38,662 nt of DNA from a virus (Duplodnaviria; Heunggongvirae; Uroviricota; Caudoviricetes): the IMG/VR virus record IMGVR_UViG_2695420482_000015; one strand, 5' to 3'. Each line of letters begins with the position of its first letter. The stretch's first letter is position 1. The notes under the pieces are model-generated. The model saw only the letters and a program-made list of their open reading frames with translations, ran no database searches and had not been told where the DNA came from. Both the position numbers and the translations under genes were made by a program. Below are positions 1 through 9,191 of this stretch, one piece after another.

Positions 1-1518
1 TCATTCACCCTCCTGATGCGTGGTAGCGGTCCCATTGAAGGGCAAAATAAAATCCCCCAAACAGAAAACAGATTCTTCAGCGACGTAAATAAGCTGACCG
101 TTCAAGCGCAGTGAAACGGGCGCAGAAGTTCGAATCGCAATACGCTGCGCGTCGAGAGTGACCTGTAATTCGCAGCCCTGCCAGAACAGAGGGAAAGACA
201 ACTGTTGCCACTGCTCAGGTAACGCCGGATTGAGATGTAATTCACCGTCACGCACGCTCACCCCGGCAAAACCCTGAATCGCCCCCAGCCAGATAGCGCC
301 AGTTGCGGCAGCGTGGGTACCGTCATCACAGCTATGTGGATCAGCACCAAGATCGATTTCAGTCCCCTCGCGCCAGAACTGATAACTTTGGGTCAGCAGG
401 CCACAGCGTGCGGCAACAATGCCGTGGATTGCTTTACTTAATGACGAGTCGTGAATAGTGCGCGGTTCATAAAATTGCAGATAGGCAAGACACGATGCCG
501 CTGAGAACTGCTCCGGCAGCATGTAATTGAGCATCACCACATCAGCTTGTTTGAGGATCTGCATCTCGTTCACTTCTGCGCGTGAATAATCCAGCAGAAT
601 GGTTTGCTTCCCCGCCGCCGCTTTGTATTTCGCCAGATTAATCACCGGCTTAGCCATAAACGAATCATCCTGCGGCAAAACGCCGTCGGGCTGAATTTCT
701 GGCAGCCGCAGTTCTTTGAGGTACATTTCTGCACGATGAATAAACGCGTCGTCGCTACAGCCAAACTGACGAGCGATATTCAGCGCCTGCTGGACGTTGT
801 AATACGCCATATAGCTGGTGAAGGCGTTATTATTGACATGTTCGGTATATTCGTCTGGCCCAATAACATCATGAATTTCCAGACGGTCGTTAACCCTCAC
901 CGCGCGGCTAATCCAGAACTTTGCCGTCTCCAGAAGTAGCGCCATGCCTTCATGAGCAATGAAACTTTCATCCCCCGTGGTCCGCCAGTATTGAATAACC
1001 GCCCAGGCGATATCGGCCACCAGATGATGTTCCGCCTGCGCAGAGGCCACTTTTTGCCGCAACCCGGTACGAATGTTAATGGCAGCAAATTCCGGCGTCT
1101 CTTCTTCGCCGCTACGCGCGCTTTCCCACGGAAATAGCGCGCCCTGCCAGCCGTTGCGTCGCGCTTTCTCCTGCGCGCCAGGCAAGTTGTGCCAGCGATA
1201 ACGCAGTAAACTTCGGGCAACCATCGGATCGCTAAACAGATGGAACGGTAGCAAAAATACTTCTGTATCCCAGAAAACGTGGCCTTTGTAGCCTTCGCCG
1301 GTTAAACCTTTCGCCGCAATGCTGCTGCGCTCATCGTGGGCAGGCGTCATGATGCGCAGGTGATAAAGCGCATAATCTAACGCTTGCTGATCGTGCGCAT
1401 CGCCGCCGTTTACCGTGATACGACGTTTCTGCCACCATTGACGCCAGTTTTCTGTTGATGCTGCAAGAAGTTGGTCGTAACTCTGCTGCGCGCTGATGCG
1501 CCGCGCGATAAATGCACT
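1..1518 (-). CDS. ycjT: GH65-family glycoside phosphorylase (kojibiose phosphorylase YcjT-like), C-terminal ~505 codons; gene interrupted by prophage insertion
   Basis: ORF 1..1350 translation has GH65 catalytic-domain character (GHVFWDTEVF motif). The same frame stays open upstream to ~1518 with plausible protein sequence, then stops at the prophage junction. N-terminal ~250 codons are absent from the window. Symbol is from memory of the E. coli protein, not a search. Confidence 0.7.
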   Translation of the reverse strand, partial: SAFIARRISAQQSYDQLLAASTENWRQWWQKRRITVNGGDAHDQQALDYALYHLRIMTPAHDERSSIAAKGLTGEGYKGHVFWDTEVFLLPFHLFSDPMVARSLLRYRWHNLPGAQEKARRNGWQGALFPWESARSGEEETPEFAAINIRTGLRQKVASAQAEHHLVADIAWAVIQYWRTTGDESFIAHEGMALLLETAKFWISRAVRVNDRLEIHDVIGPDEYTEHVNNNAFTSYMAYYNVQQALNIARQFGCSDDAFIHRAEMYLKELRLPEIQPDGVLPQDDSFMAKPVINLAKYKAAAGKQTILLDYSRAEVNEMQILKQADVVMLNYMLPEQFSAASCLAYLQFYEPRTIHDSSLSKAIHGIVAARCGLLTQSYQFWREGTEIDLGADPHSCDDGTHAAATGAIWLGAIQGFAGVSVRDGELHLNPALPEQWQQLSFPLFWQGCELQVTLDAQRIAIRTSAPVSLRLNGQLIYVAEESVFCLGDFILPFNGTATTHQEGE

Positions 1519-1571
1519 CTATCTTGTGCGATAAATGGCATCCACGCGGCGTTTCATTATTTGAAAAAGAA

Positions 1572-2144
1572 TTACATTTCAGGTTGCGTTATGACAGTCC
1601 CAACAGGGTGATAGCGGTAGATCGTTGACAGTCCAATATCATAGATAATTGCCAGCCGCTTTCTGTCATACCCTTTCTGGAGCAATCTTGCGATCTGCTC
1701 ATGCTGCTCCTTCGTCAGTTTCGGGCGACGTCCTCCAACTCTTCCTTGTGCTCGCGCAGCAGCCAGTCCAGCCAGCGTGCGCTCAACTATCAGTTCACGC
1801 TCCATTTCTGCCAGTGCACCCATCATATGAAAAAAGAACCTTCCCATCGGAGTGCTGGTATCGATTGAATCCGTCAGACTGCGAAAATTGACACCTTTTG
1901 CGCGTAGCTCTTCTGTGAGAGCAATGAGGTGTTTCATTCTTCTACCCAACCGATCCAGCTTCCAGACCACCAATGTATCCCCTCTTTTAAGGCACTTTAA
2001 AGCGCGTTTCAGGCCTGGTCGTTCCGACTTGGTTCCGCTCATTTTGTCCTCAAAAATCTGTTCACATCCTGCGCACATTAATGCATTGCGTTGCAAATCT
2101 GTGTTTTGGTCATTTGTTGACACACGTATGTAGCCAATCAGCAT
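1572..2144 (-). CDS. gin: Serine DNA invertase (Gin/Hin/Pin family)
   Basis: Translation from internal Met (MLIGYIRVSTNDQNTDLQRNAL...) matches Mu Gin almost residue for residue at the N-terminus, including the catalytic serine context and C-terminal HTH. Lies next to the invertible fibre segment. Confidence 0.95.
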   Translation of the reverse strand: MLIGYIRVSTNDQNTDLQRNALMCAGCEQIFEDKMSGTKSERPGLKRALKCLKRGDTLVVWKLDRLGRRMKHLIALTEELRAKGVNFRSLTDSIDTSTPMGRFFFHMMGALAEMERELIVERTLAGLAAARAQGRVGGRRPKLTKEQHEQIARLLQKGYDRKRLAIIYDIGLSTIYRYHPVGTVITQPEM

Positions 2145-2200
2145 TAAAAATACTCCCTTTTGAGTGGTTAAAGTACTGAGATAATGTGGGGAGGATTTGA

Positions 2201-2224
2201 GAGATAAACGTTGGTTTAGGAGAA
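2201..2224. other. gix/hix-like inversion crossover site (gin-proximal)
   Basis: gagataaacgttggtttaggagaa; its reverse complement ttctcctaaaccaacgtttatctc matches the site at 4174..4199 (shared core ttctccNaaaccaaNgt) and resembles gix/hix half-sites (AAACC..GGTTT). Confidence 0.7.
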
Positions 2225-2713
2225 GCGGCGAAAAGGGATGTGGGCACGACAGTCGGAACCGTTGCCGCTGGTGATGATTTACGCATAATAGGAGCACTTC
2301 AAAAGGCAAATAATCTTTATGAGTTAACAAATAAATCTGACGCAAGAGCTAATCTTGGGTTAGGAACCGTTGCAACAAAAAACGTGGGAAATAGTGCTGG
2401 GCAAATACCTGATATGTCTTACTGGTCTTCCGTATCGGGTGGCGTTAATTTCCCTAATGGATTCCAGATGCGATTCGGTGCTATCGCTGGTAATGGTGGA
2501 AAATTATTTTCTACGCCATTTACAAATCAGTGCTATGGCATTGTTTTCGGACAAACATATGTAGCCAACTACTGGATGTTCAGCCCGATGTACAGAGCAT
2601 CTGATCTGAGTAATACCGGTTTTGCATTCATTAACAAAACCTGGTCTGGCGTTCCGGGGACAGGTGCTCAGGACGCTGGTGAATCAGTTTTTTATATTGC
2701 AGTAGGGTATTAA
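2213..2713 (+). CDS. Alternate tail fibre C-terminal domain (S'v-like, promoterless; expressed only after inversion)
   Basis: Frame is open from the crossover site (…NVGLGEAAKRDVGTTVGT…) with no proper start of its own. Sits inside the invertible segment and is followed by a tail fibre assembly gene. Confidence 0.6.
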   Translation, partial: GLGEAAKRDVGTTVGTVAAGDDLRIIGALQKANNLYELTNKSDARANLGLGTVATKNVGNSAGQIPDMSYWSSVSGGVNFPNGFQMRFGAIAGNGGKLFSTPFTNQCYGIVFGQTYVANYWMFSPMYRASDLSNTGFAFINKTWSGVPGTGAQDAGESVFYIAVGY

Positions 2714-2714
2714 T

Positions 2715-3158
2715 ATGGAAATGGTTTATAGCGCCTCAAATAATAGTTTTTTCGCTAAAAATGATGTGGCGAAATATGAACAGGCCGGATGGGAACTTGC
2801 TGATATTGTCGAAGTGACATATGACACTTACCTGGAATTTATTGAAGACAGAACGTTGCAAGGGAAAGTACGCATCGCGGGTGATGATGGCCTTCCCACC
2901 TGGGGGGAAATTCCACCGCCAACTCATGAGGAACAAATTGCCGCAGCCGAACTGGAAAAGCAGCAATTGATTAATCAGGTCAACGAATACATATACAGTA
3001 AGCAATGGCCTGGTAAAGCAGCGATTGGTCGCCTGAAAGGTGAGGAACTGGCGCAATATAATTTGTGGCTGGATTATCTGGACGCACTGGAACTGGTCGA
3101 TACTTCCGGTGCGCCAGATATTGAATGGCCTACGCCTCCGGCAGTTCAGGCCAGATGA
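2715..3158 (+). CDS. Tail fibre assembly protein (alternate, U'-like)
   Basis: 147 aa; C-terminal motif NLWLDYLDALELVDTSGAPDIEWPTPP is typical of Tfa chaperones and parallels the C-terminus of the 3130..3723 protein. Confidence 0.8.
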   Translation: MEMVYSASNNSFFAKNDVAKYEQAGWELADIVEVTYDTYLEFIEDRTLQGKVRIAGDDGLPTWGEIPPPTHEEQIAAAELEKQQLINQVNEYIYSKQWPGKAAIGRLKGEELAQYNLWLDYLDALELVDTSGAPDIEWPTPPAVQAR

Positions 3159-3723
3159 CGTCCGGCGCTGTGCTGGTATCTGTTGCCGTCACCGCGTCAA
3201 TATAATCCAGCACAGCGTTAAGTCGGGTGTTTTCTGGCTGCGTCAGCTTCCGCCCGGCCTGTAATTTCAGTTGAATCAGACTGATGGAAGCCATTGCAGC
3301 ATCAATCAGCGACTGGCGCTGTGCTTCTGCAGCTTCTACTGCGGCGCTATGCTGTGCCTCGGTATCCGTCACCCATTTCTCACCATCCCATTTATCGTAT
3401 GGCGTTAACGGTGAAAGCGTGACATAACCGTCTTTGATGGCACCGATATAATCCACTGTAACAGCTGCGCCATTTTCAGTTGAGTAAACGGTCTCATTGC
3501 GATGGTCTTCTTCATGGCTCCATCCCTTACCCGTAAATACTGCCACTCTTCCCGGAATGTATTCGCCCGGGTCAATACCAGTGGAACAAACGGGCATACT
3601 TACGCCAGTATTAATATATTCATCAGACCAGCCCGTATATTCAGACGTTACTGCATCATAATAATAACAACGCATATCACCCGGCACTGTAGCCAGCCCA
3701 TTTTCATCAAAAACAGGTTTCAT
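3130..3723 (-). CDS. Tail fibre assembly protein (U-like)
   Basis: 197 aa; C-terminal NAVLDYIDAVTATDTSTAPDVIWPELP Tfa motif; immediately downstream of the fibre gene. Confidence 0.8.
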   Translation of the reverse strand: MKPVFDENGLATVPGDMRCYYYDAVTSEYTGWSDEYINTGVSMPVCSTGIDPGEYIPGRVAVFTGKGWSHEEDHRNETVYSTENGAAVTVDYIGAIKDGYVTLSPLTPYDKWDGEKWVTDTEAQHSAAVEAAEAQRQSLIDAAMASISLIQLKLQAGRKLTQPENTRLNAVLDYIDAVTATDTSTAPDVIWPELPEA

Positions 3724-5177
3724 TATGCAGCCCTCACAATATAATTAAAGGCGATGTTACGTGGACGGTTTTCATTAGCTGTTGGCACGACACGAGAGGC
3801 GTCGAATCCAAGGTCATCGGTTTTGCCTATATCAGTTGTGTTATTCGGCATTCTCGCAGATCGTGTTCCTGCATCATAAAAAGCCCCTCTGATTGCATCA
3901 AAAGACATACCGATCCCGCCATCTGCGAATCCCTCAATATTTCTTATTGCATCCCCCTGTGAAGATAATAATTGTCGCCCGGCATCCACACCACGTCCGT
4001 CATCCCAGCCACGAATAAATTCACCGCGTAAATCCGGCAATTTATTTGTCGGATAAACCTTTGCCAGTTCCGGGTATTCTTCAGCAGAAAAAGCCGCACC
4101 GTTGCATTTCAGCCAGCCAGTAGGCGGTGTGGCTGAAGGCCACGGAACAGGCACACCAACGGGTAATGCCGAACCTTCTCCCAAACCAAGGTAATTGAGG
4201 ACATCTTTTATACTGCCCTTAGCGATAATAGCGCGACCAATAGCTGTAAGGGTTGCCAGCTCTGCGCGGTCTGCTCCGGTAAAATAAGGCAACCGATCTG
4301 CTGCAGTGGCAAGTCCTGCCAGAGCAGTGAGCGTGGCATCTGCCGGTTGTTTTCCGTTTGCCAGATCGTATGCAGCCTTGACCGCTTTCGGTGTGGCGGC
4401 CAGTATTTCAGACGTGCTGTTGATGGCACTGCTCAATTGTACGGTGCCTTTTGCCGTCAGCGAGGCAGCAGGCACTCCCGTTATCTGACTCCACGGGTGA
4501 GTGTGGCTGACGGGCGCCTTGCCGGCTGCAAGGTCGTATGCAGCCTTGACCGCCTTCGGCGTGGCAGCCTCAGTTTCTGATTGACTGTCCGTGGCGCTGC
4601 TCAGTTGTACGGTGCCTTTTGCCGTCAGCGAGGCAGCAGGCACTCCCGTTATCTGACTCCACGGGTGAGTGTGGCTGACGGGCGCCTTGCCGGCTGCAAG
4701 GTCGTATGCAGCCTTGACCGCCTTCGGCGTGGCAGCCTCAGTTTCTGATTGACTGTCCGTGGCGCTGCTCAGTTGTACGGTGCCTTTTGCCGTCAGTGAA
4801 GCCGCAGGCACTCCCGTTATCTGACTCCACGGGTGAGTGTGGCTGGCAGGCGCCTTGCCGGCTGCCAGGTCGTATGCAGCCTTGACCGCTTTTGGTGTGG
4901 CGGCCAGCGTTTCAGAGGTGCTGTTGGTGGCACTGCTCAGTTGGGTGAACCCCTTAGCTGTCAGTGTCGCGTCCGGGTGGTTACGGGAACGTACGTGTTC
5001 AGCCAGTGACTGTGCGGCTTCCTCCGTTTTCTTCTTCAGCCATTTCGTCCTGTTTGCCAGTTGCCGGGGGGCTCGATTTGATATCCCGTCTGCACCACCC
5101 AGAACCGGATCTGATGTCTCCAGTTGATAGATATTTTCTTCCCACTTTTCTGTTTCATTCAGGTTTCCCATAATCAA
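3723..5177 (-). CDS. Tail fibre protein (S/H-like), constant N-terminal part plus invertible C-terminal part
   Basis: 484 aa with four tandem 56-aa fibre repeats (…ATPKAVKAAYDLAAGK…SHTHPWSQITG…). The gix-like site lies within the coding sequence. Confidence 0.9.
   Translation of the reverse strand: MIMGNLNETEKWEENIYQLETSDPVLGGADGISNRAPRQLANRTKWLKKKTEEAAQSLAEHVRSRNHPDATLTAKGFTQLSSATNSTSETLAATPKAVKAAYDLAAGKAPASHTHPWSQITGVPAASLTAKGTVQLSSATDSQSETEAATPKAVKAAYDLAAGKAPVSHTHPWSQITGVPAASLTAKGTVQLSSATDSQSETEAATPKAVKAAYDLAAGKAPVSHTHPWSQITGVPAASLTAKGTVQLSSAINSTSEILAATPKAVKAAYDLANGKQPADATLTALAGLATAADRLPYFTGADRAELATLTAIGRAIIAKGSIKDVLNYLGLGEGSALPVGVPVPWPSATPPTGWLKCNGAAFSAEEYPELAKVYPTNKLPDLRGEFIRGWDDGRGVDAGRQLLSSQGDAIRNIEGFADGGIGMSFDAIRGAFYDAGTRSARMPNNTTDIGKTDDLGFDASRVVPTANENRPRNIAFNYIVRAA
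4174..4199. other. gix/hix-like inversion crossover site (inside tail fibre gene)
   Basis: ccttctcccaaaccaaggtaattgag, in inverted orientation to 2201..2224. Falls on the LGLGE codons of the fibre; the alternate cassette carries VGLGE at its site. Confidence 0.7.
4296..4967. repeat. Tandem 168-bp repeats (about 4 copies) encoding 56-aa tail fibre repeats
   Basis: Near-identical DNA copies with period 168 seen directly (e.g. acggtgccttttgccgtcag at ~4441 and ~4609); flanking copies are more diverged. Confidence 0.8.
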
Positions 5178-5752
5178 CTGCTCCCGTGGTTATAACTGCC
5201 ATCATGGATGGCGGTATTGTTATAGCGAATGGCCACAGACTGATACTCCAGGCTGGCCAGATGGCAGCGGGCCGGTGCAAATGCAGCCAGCGTCTGACGC
5301 AGCATCGCGGCCTGATCGTTAGTAATGGGCTGTTTCAGAATAACGCGATAAACTGCCCAGGCGGCTGCATCTCCATGAACAAACAGTCCGTTATAGCTGC
5401 GATTGCCGTCGTAACTGAGACGACCTGTGCCTTCAATCAGATCCACTTCACCAAAGCCAAAACGGCGGATAACTTCCCGGATTGACCACGGCGTCCCTTT
5501 ATACCGGTGCAGTTCGATGGCTGCTTTTATAAGCATGCGGCGAACATCGTCCGATTCCGCCAGCTCCCAGCCATCGCCAGACAGTGAGAACTGCTCGCCC
5601 AGCCATGGCAGCGCGGAACTGTCGACGATATCGACGAGAAAGACCATCAGTACGCTCAGGTCGATGTTATCCAGCCGTCCTGCCAGTCTTCCCAGCGTCC
5701 TGAGACTGATATCACCCTCAAGCGGTGGCGGGAGTTGTAATGGCTCAGTCAT
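5174..5752 (-). CDS. Tail protein, P2 gpI-like
   Basis: 192 aa; position after baseplate J-like gene and before fibre; sequence character of gpI family. Confidence 0.7.
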   Translation of the reverse strand: MTEPLQLPPPLEGDISLRTLGRLAGRLDNIDLSVLMVFLVDIVDSSALPWLGEQFSLSGDGWELAESDDVRRMLIKAAIELHRYKGTPWSIREVIRRFGFGEVDLIEGTGRLSYDGNRSYNGLFVHGDAAAWAVYRVILKQPITNDQAAMLRQTLAAFAPARCHLASLEYQSVAIRYNNTAIHDGSYNHGSS

Positions 5753-6848
5753 CAGACACTCCAGTCATGTTAAGAGTGATTGCCGTACAGTTTGCCCATT
5801 CGTTTTCTGCCACCACCCGCAGTGCCGGTGTCACCAGTTCAACCTGGTACACCCCGGAAACGGACAATGCACTGATAATCTGGCTGGGGACAATATCGCG
5901 CCCCAGCGTGGCGGCACGTGATGCCACCCAGTTCTGTATGGCGCTGTTAGCGGCATCTTTTACAGACCTGGCATCCTGATCACGATAGATCGTAATCCTG
6001 GCTTCAATGGTGTAATCCACCTTCACTGGTGTTTTAGCCCGCACTGTATCAGTGAGTGGCCTGACTTTCTCATCAGAGCAGAAACTCTCTACCAGCGTGA
6101 GAACACCGCCGTCCGGCAGACCGGTACTGAGCAGCGGATACAGATCTACGGTCCCGGGAACCGGGGAAAGCACAGCAACATCGACAATGTTGGGATGGGC
6201 CTGCATGGCATGAAAGCGGTATGCGCCACGGCTTCCGGCATTGGTGAATGACTCCGGGGCCAGCCTGATACGCTCCCGGAGCCTGTCATCGTCTTCCTGT
6301 TCTGAACCGCCGGAACTGGCCGTCAGATTGCTCACCAGCAGGTCGACGTTATCAATCTCATCGAGTAACTGACTGACCTGCGCAGGTTGCCAGCCGTTAC
6401 CAGCGGTACCGGGTTCGGTACAGGTGGACGTGACATTGACCAGCAGCAATCCGGCCTTCAGTACCACATCTGTATCGGTGGCAAAAATAACGCTGTCGGA
6501 AGCGCTGACGCGGGTGCCTGCCGGGATCAGCACATCAATGGCCAGTGCCTCATCTACGGAGAACTGGAGCGTGGTAGTGGCAGGCTGCGCGGCAAGACGG
6601 TATACACCGACCAGTTCACCGAGGTAATCAATCATCGGCTCACGGGCAAAGGCGACCAGATTCTGCTTTGCTGCCTCCTGTACCGCAACCCTGACCAGCA
6701 TTTCGCGATAGGCCCACAGATCAATCAGCAGACGTTCTGCCTGTGCCGGGTACAGCGTTTTGCCGGTATCCGCTTCATACTTCGCAATCATTTCTGCCGT
6801 GATTTTGTCGGCATCGCGTTCAATAAAATCGGGTTCTGTCAGCGCCAT
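5745..6848 (-). CDS. Baseplate protein, P2 gpJ-like
   Basis: 367 aa; baseplate J-like sequence and synteny (W-J-I-H). Confidence 0.8.
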   Translation of the reverse strand: MALTEPDFIERDADKITAEMIAKYEADTGKTLYPAQAERLLIDLWAYREMLVRVAVQEAAKQNLVAFAREPMIDYLGELVGVYRLAAQPATTTLQFSVDEALAIDVLIPAGTRVSASDSVIFATDTDVVLKAGLLLVNVTSTCTEPGTAGNGWQPAQVSQLLDEIDNVDLLVSNLTASSGGSEQEDDDRLRERIRLAPESFTNAGSRGAYRFHAMQAHPNIVDVAVLSPVPGTVDLYPLLSTGLPDGGVLTLVESFCSDEKVRPLTDTVRAKTPVKVDYTIEARITIYRDQDARSVKDAANSAIQNWVASRAATLGRDIVPSQIISALSVSGVYQVELVTPALRVVAENEWANCTAITLNMTGVSDD

Positions 6849-7186
6849 AGCAGCTCCTGAGTCCGGGTCTGTCCGTCTGAGCCTTTCCAGCTCACCCGGA
6901 GCGTAAGATGTTCGCCGTCGACGGCGGGTTTAACTGACATAAGCTGGCAGCGGGGCTCCCAGCGCCGGATGGCATCGACGGATTCGCGCACCACATGCGG
7001 AATGGCCCGGTCTACAGGCCAGTCGATATAAAGATGCAGATTGCTGCCGAACTCCGGGCGATGCGGGTCGCTGCCGCGGGGAGTCCGCAGGATAATTTGA
7101 ATCGCCTGCCGGATATCATCCAGCCCCCGGACAATTTCGCCGGGAGCCTGCAGGGTCGGTTGCCAGAATACTGAGGTTGTTTTCAT
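6839..7186 (-). CDS. Baseplate wedge protein, gpW/gp25-like
   Basis: 115 aa; size and sequence typical of GPW/gp25; synteny. Confidence 0.75.
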   Translation of the reverse strand: MKTTSVFWQPTLQAPGEIVRGLDDIRQAIQIILRTPRGSDPHRPEFGSNLHLYIDWPVDRAIPHVVRESVDAIRRWEPRCQLMSVKPAVDGEHLTLRVSWKGSDGQTRTQELLWR

Positions 7187-7240
7187 GGGGGCAGTATTGC
7201 CCCCGTGCGGGAACGCTGATATTAAAGGCGTTTAAAAAGC

Positions 7241-7837
7241 TCAGTGGGAGTGGTGGCTGGAGTTTTCGCCATCAGACAACATACTGCCCGTGGCATGGGC
7301 ATTCCCTTTAATCTCGATATTGCCATGGATGGTCGCGGTAACACCTTCACCACCAGAACCCGCCATGCCTCCTTCGTAAATCAGCTTACCCCTGACACGC
7401 AGATCTCCGGTAAGTTCGGTTTCCGGTGCGTCAATCGTGGCTTTCTGTGTTTTCAATACCACATCAGCACCACACTCAATGACAATATGCTCAATGCCGC
7501 CCCGGATGGTCAGAGTGTGCGTCTTCCGGTTGTAGCTGTACTCTGCACCATCAGCAAACCGGGTTCCCCGGATATTTTTGTCACTGAACGGTGGTTTATC
7601 GACGTCTGAATACACCGCGCCCAGAATAACACCATCCTCGCCGTTGGCATCGAGCAGCACCTCAACCTGCTCCCCCACGTCAGGGAGCCAGTAATCTTTG
7701 TTATCCTGGGTATTGCGCTGCAGCACGTTAAGCCAGTTTGTGCGCAGGTTATCGCATTCAGGCAGACGAACGCGGGCCTGAACCCTGTCGGCATCAACGG
7801 CACTGACCGTACCGACCTGACGAGTGACACCAGTCAT
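7241..7837 (-). CDS. Baseplate assembly/spike protein, P2 gpV-like
   Basis: 198 aa; gpV-like N-terminal OB region and glycine-rich C-terminus; synteny. Confidence 0.75.
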   Translation of the reverse strand: MTGVTRQVGTVSAVDADRVQARVRLPECDNLRTNWLNVLQRNTQDNKDYWLPDVGEQVEVLLDANGEDGVILGAVYSDVDKPPFSDKNIRGTRFADGAEYSYNRKTHTLTIRGGIEHIVIECGADVVLKTQKATIDAPETELTGDLRVRGKLIYEGGMAGSGGEGVTATIHGNIEIKGNAHATGSMLSDGENSSHHSH

Positions 7838-8988
7838 TTTTTCTTCTCCTTAATCACCGTCGATGTACTGCCATCCGGGTGATAAACCGTGAGTTTCTGA
7901 GTTTTTTGTTTTTTCCCTCTTGTGACTGGCCCCCGTGCCACTTCCAGCTCTGTGGTGTAGCCGCTGTTACGGTCAAACGCATGGCGGGCAGTGGTTATGA
8001 GCCATGGCCCGGATAACTGCCCAAAACCCACCAGTTCAATTTTGTTGCCTGCTGTCAGTTGAGGTGTTCCCGTCAGCGTCAGGGAGCCGTTCTGCTGGTA
8101 TTCGTTATGTCTGGCCAGTGCTGAATCCGCTTTAATCCGGGCACTGTCCGGGTCGCTGACGCGGCTGTTAACTTTAAGTGAGTCAGCGCTGGTAACCTTA
8201 CCACCTTTGAGCTTTTTGTCGCTTTCACGGGTACCACCATCAGCTTCGTAGACGATCAGTTTTTTACTGCTGCTTTTCTGGTGTTTTACCTTTGCAGATT
8301 TATAGACCCGGTTGATGGTGTCACGCAGGGAAAAGCGGGCCACATCCTGCGGTTTTAACTGCCTGACCGGCTCCTGACTGCGCAGTGTGGCCAGATGAGA
8401 AAAAATCAGCTGGTCACTGACCACTTTCACTGCATAACCATACTCGCTGGCCAGCCGGCGCAGAAAACCCACGTCGGTTTCAGCATACTGGGTCACCCGG
8501 TCGATTCTGATGGACTCAATGCTGCCCACCAGTTTCAGTCGGTGCTTTCTGGCAATCCGCCCCGCAACAGCTGCCAGCGTGGTGTTCTCAAAACCACGAC
8601 TGGTTTTAGTCCGCAGGGCACTGTTAACCGAGGTGGCCACCCCACGGATAGAAACAACGGAAGCGGGCGAACTCACTTCGATCTCGTCTATAGAGAACGT
8701 ACCGCAGGACAGCAGCTTCTCGCCCTGATAGCCCATTTTCAGCGTCAGCGTGTCACCCTTGCCCGGATACCATTTATCCAGCCAGCGGCCATCGGTGTCG
8801 TCCAGCTCCACCTCAATGGTATCGGACTCATTTTTGATGTTATCGCTCCAGGTCACACGGGTGACATAAGGCGCGATATCAGAGGTGATGTTTTTCTGCA
8901 GATACCACAAAGTGAACACCGGTGTCAGCACATCGCTGACGCCGGTTAACGCTGATGTGACTTGCGCAGTGCTGTTTATCTCAGCCAT
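7834..8988 (-). CDS. Baseplate hub, late control gene D protein-like (Mu P / P2 gpD)
   Basis: 384 aa; gpD-family character; follows the gpX-like gene. Confidence 0.8.
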   Translation of the reverse strand: MAEINSTAQVTSALTGVSDVLTPVFTLWYLQKNITSDIAPYVTRVTWSDNIKNESDTIEVELDDTDGRWLDKWYPGKGDTLTLKMGYQGEKLLSCGTFSIDEIEVSSPASVVSIRGVATSVNSALRTKTSRGFENTTLAAVAGRIARKHRLKLVGSIESIRIDRVTQYAETDVGFLRRLASEYGYAVKVVSDQLIFSHLATLRSQEPVRQLKPQDVARFSLRDTINRVYKSAKVKHQKSSSKKLIVYEADGGTRESDKKLKGGKVTSADSLKVNSRVSDPDSARIKADSALARHNEYQQNGSLTLTGTPQLTAGNKIELVGFGQLSGPWLITTARHAFDRNSGYTTELEVARGPVTRGKKQKTQKLTVYHPDGSTSTVIKEKKK

Positions 8989-9191
8989 GGGGCAATATCC
9001 TCTTCTGTACGGGCTTCTTCAGCCTCAATCACCGGGATCAGTAACAACAGCCCGGAGGGCAGCACCGGCGTGATGGCCACGTGCGGATTGGCGGCAATAA
9101 TCCGGGGATAGCCCAGCGGGTCACCGTAGTACTGCCATGCCAGCGAATCCCAGCGCTCTCCGTCACGGGTAACATGTTCAAGAAACATCAC
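8976..9191 (-). CDS. Tail protein X-like (LysM-like)
   Basis: 71 aa (…WDSLAWQYYGDP…); small gpX-like protein between gpU-like and gpD-like genes. Confidence 0.7.
   Translation of the reverse strand: MMFLEHVTRDGERWDSLAWQYYGDPLGYPRIIAANPHVAITPVLPSGLLLLIPVIEAEEARTEEDIAPWLR

Larger units (their letters stand above)
2201..4199. other. Invertible G-like segment (tail fibre host-range switch), ~2.0 kb
   Basis: Bounded by inverted gix-like sites. Contains fibre variable C-terminus plus assembly gene on one strand and a promoterless alternate C-terminus plus assembly gene on the other, convergently arranged, next to gin. Confidence 0.75.

Noticed and set aside
604-1220. Several 60-110 aa ORFs on both strands inside the GH65 gene
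   Set aside because: Embedded in a clearly coding host gene; basic low-complexity translations; shadow ORFs.
1505-1537. Duplicated gcgataaatg as the target-site duplication
   Set aside because: Both copies are at the same end and 23 bp apart; a genuine target duplication would flank the two ends of the element, and the other end is outside the window.
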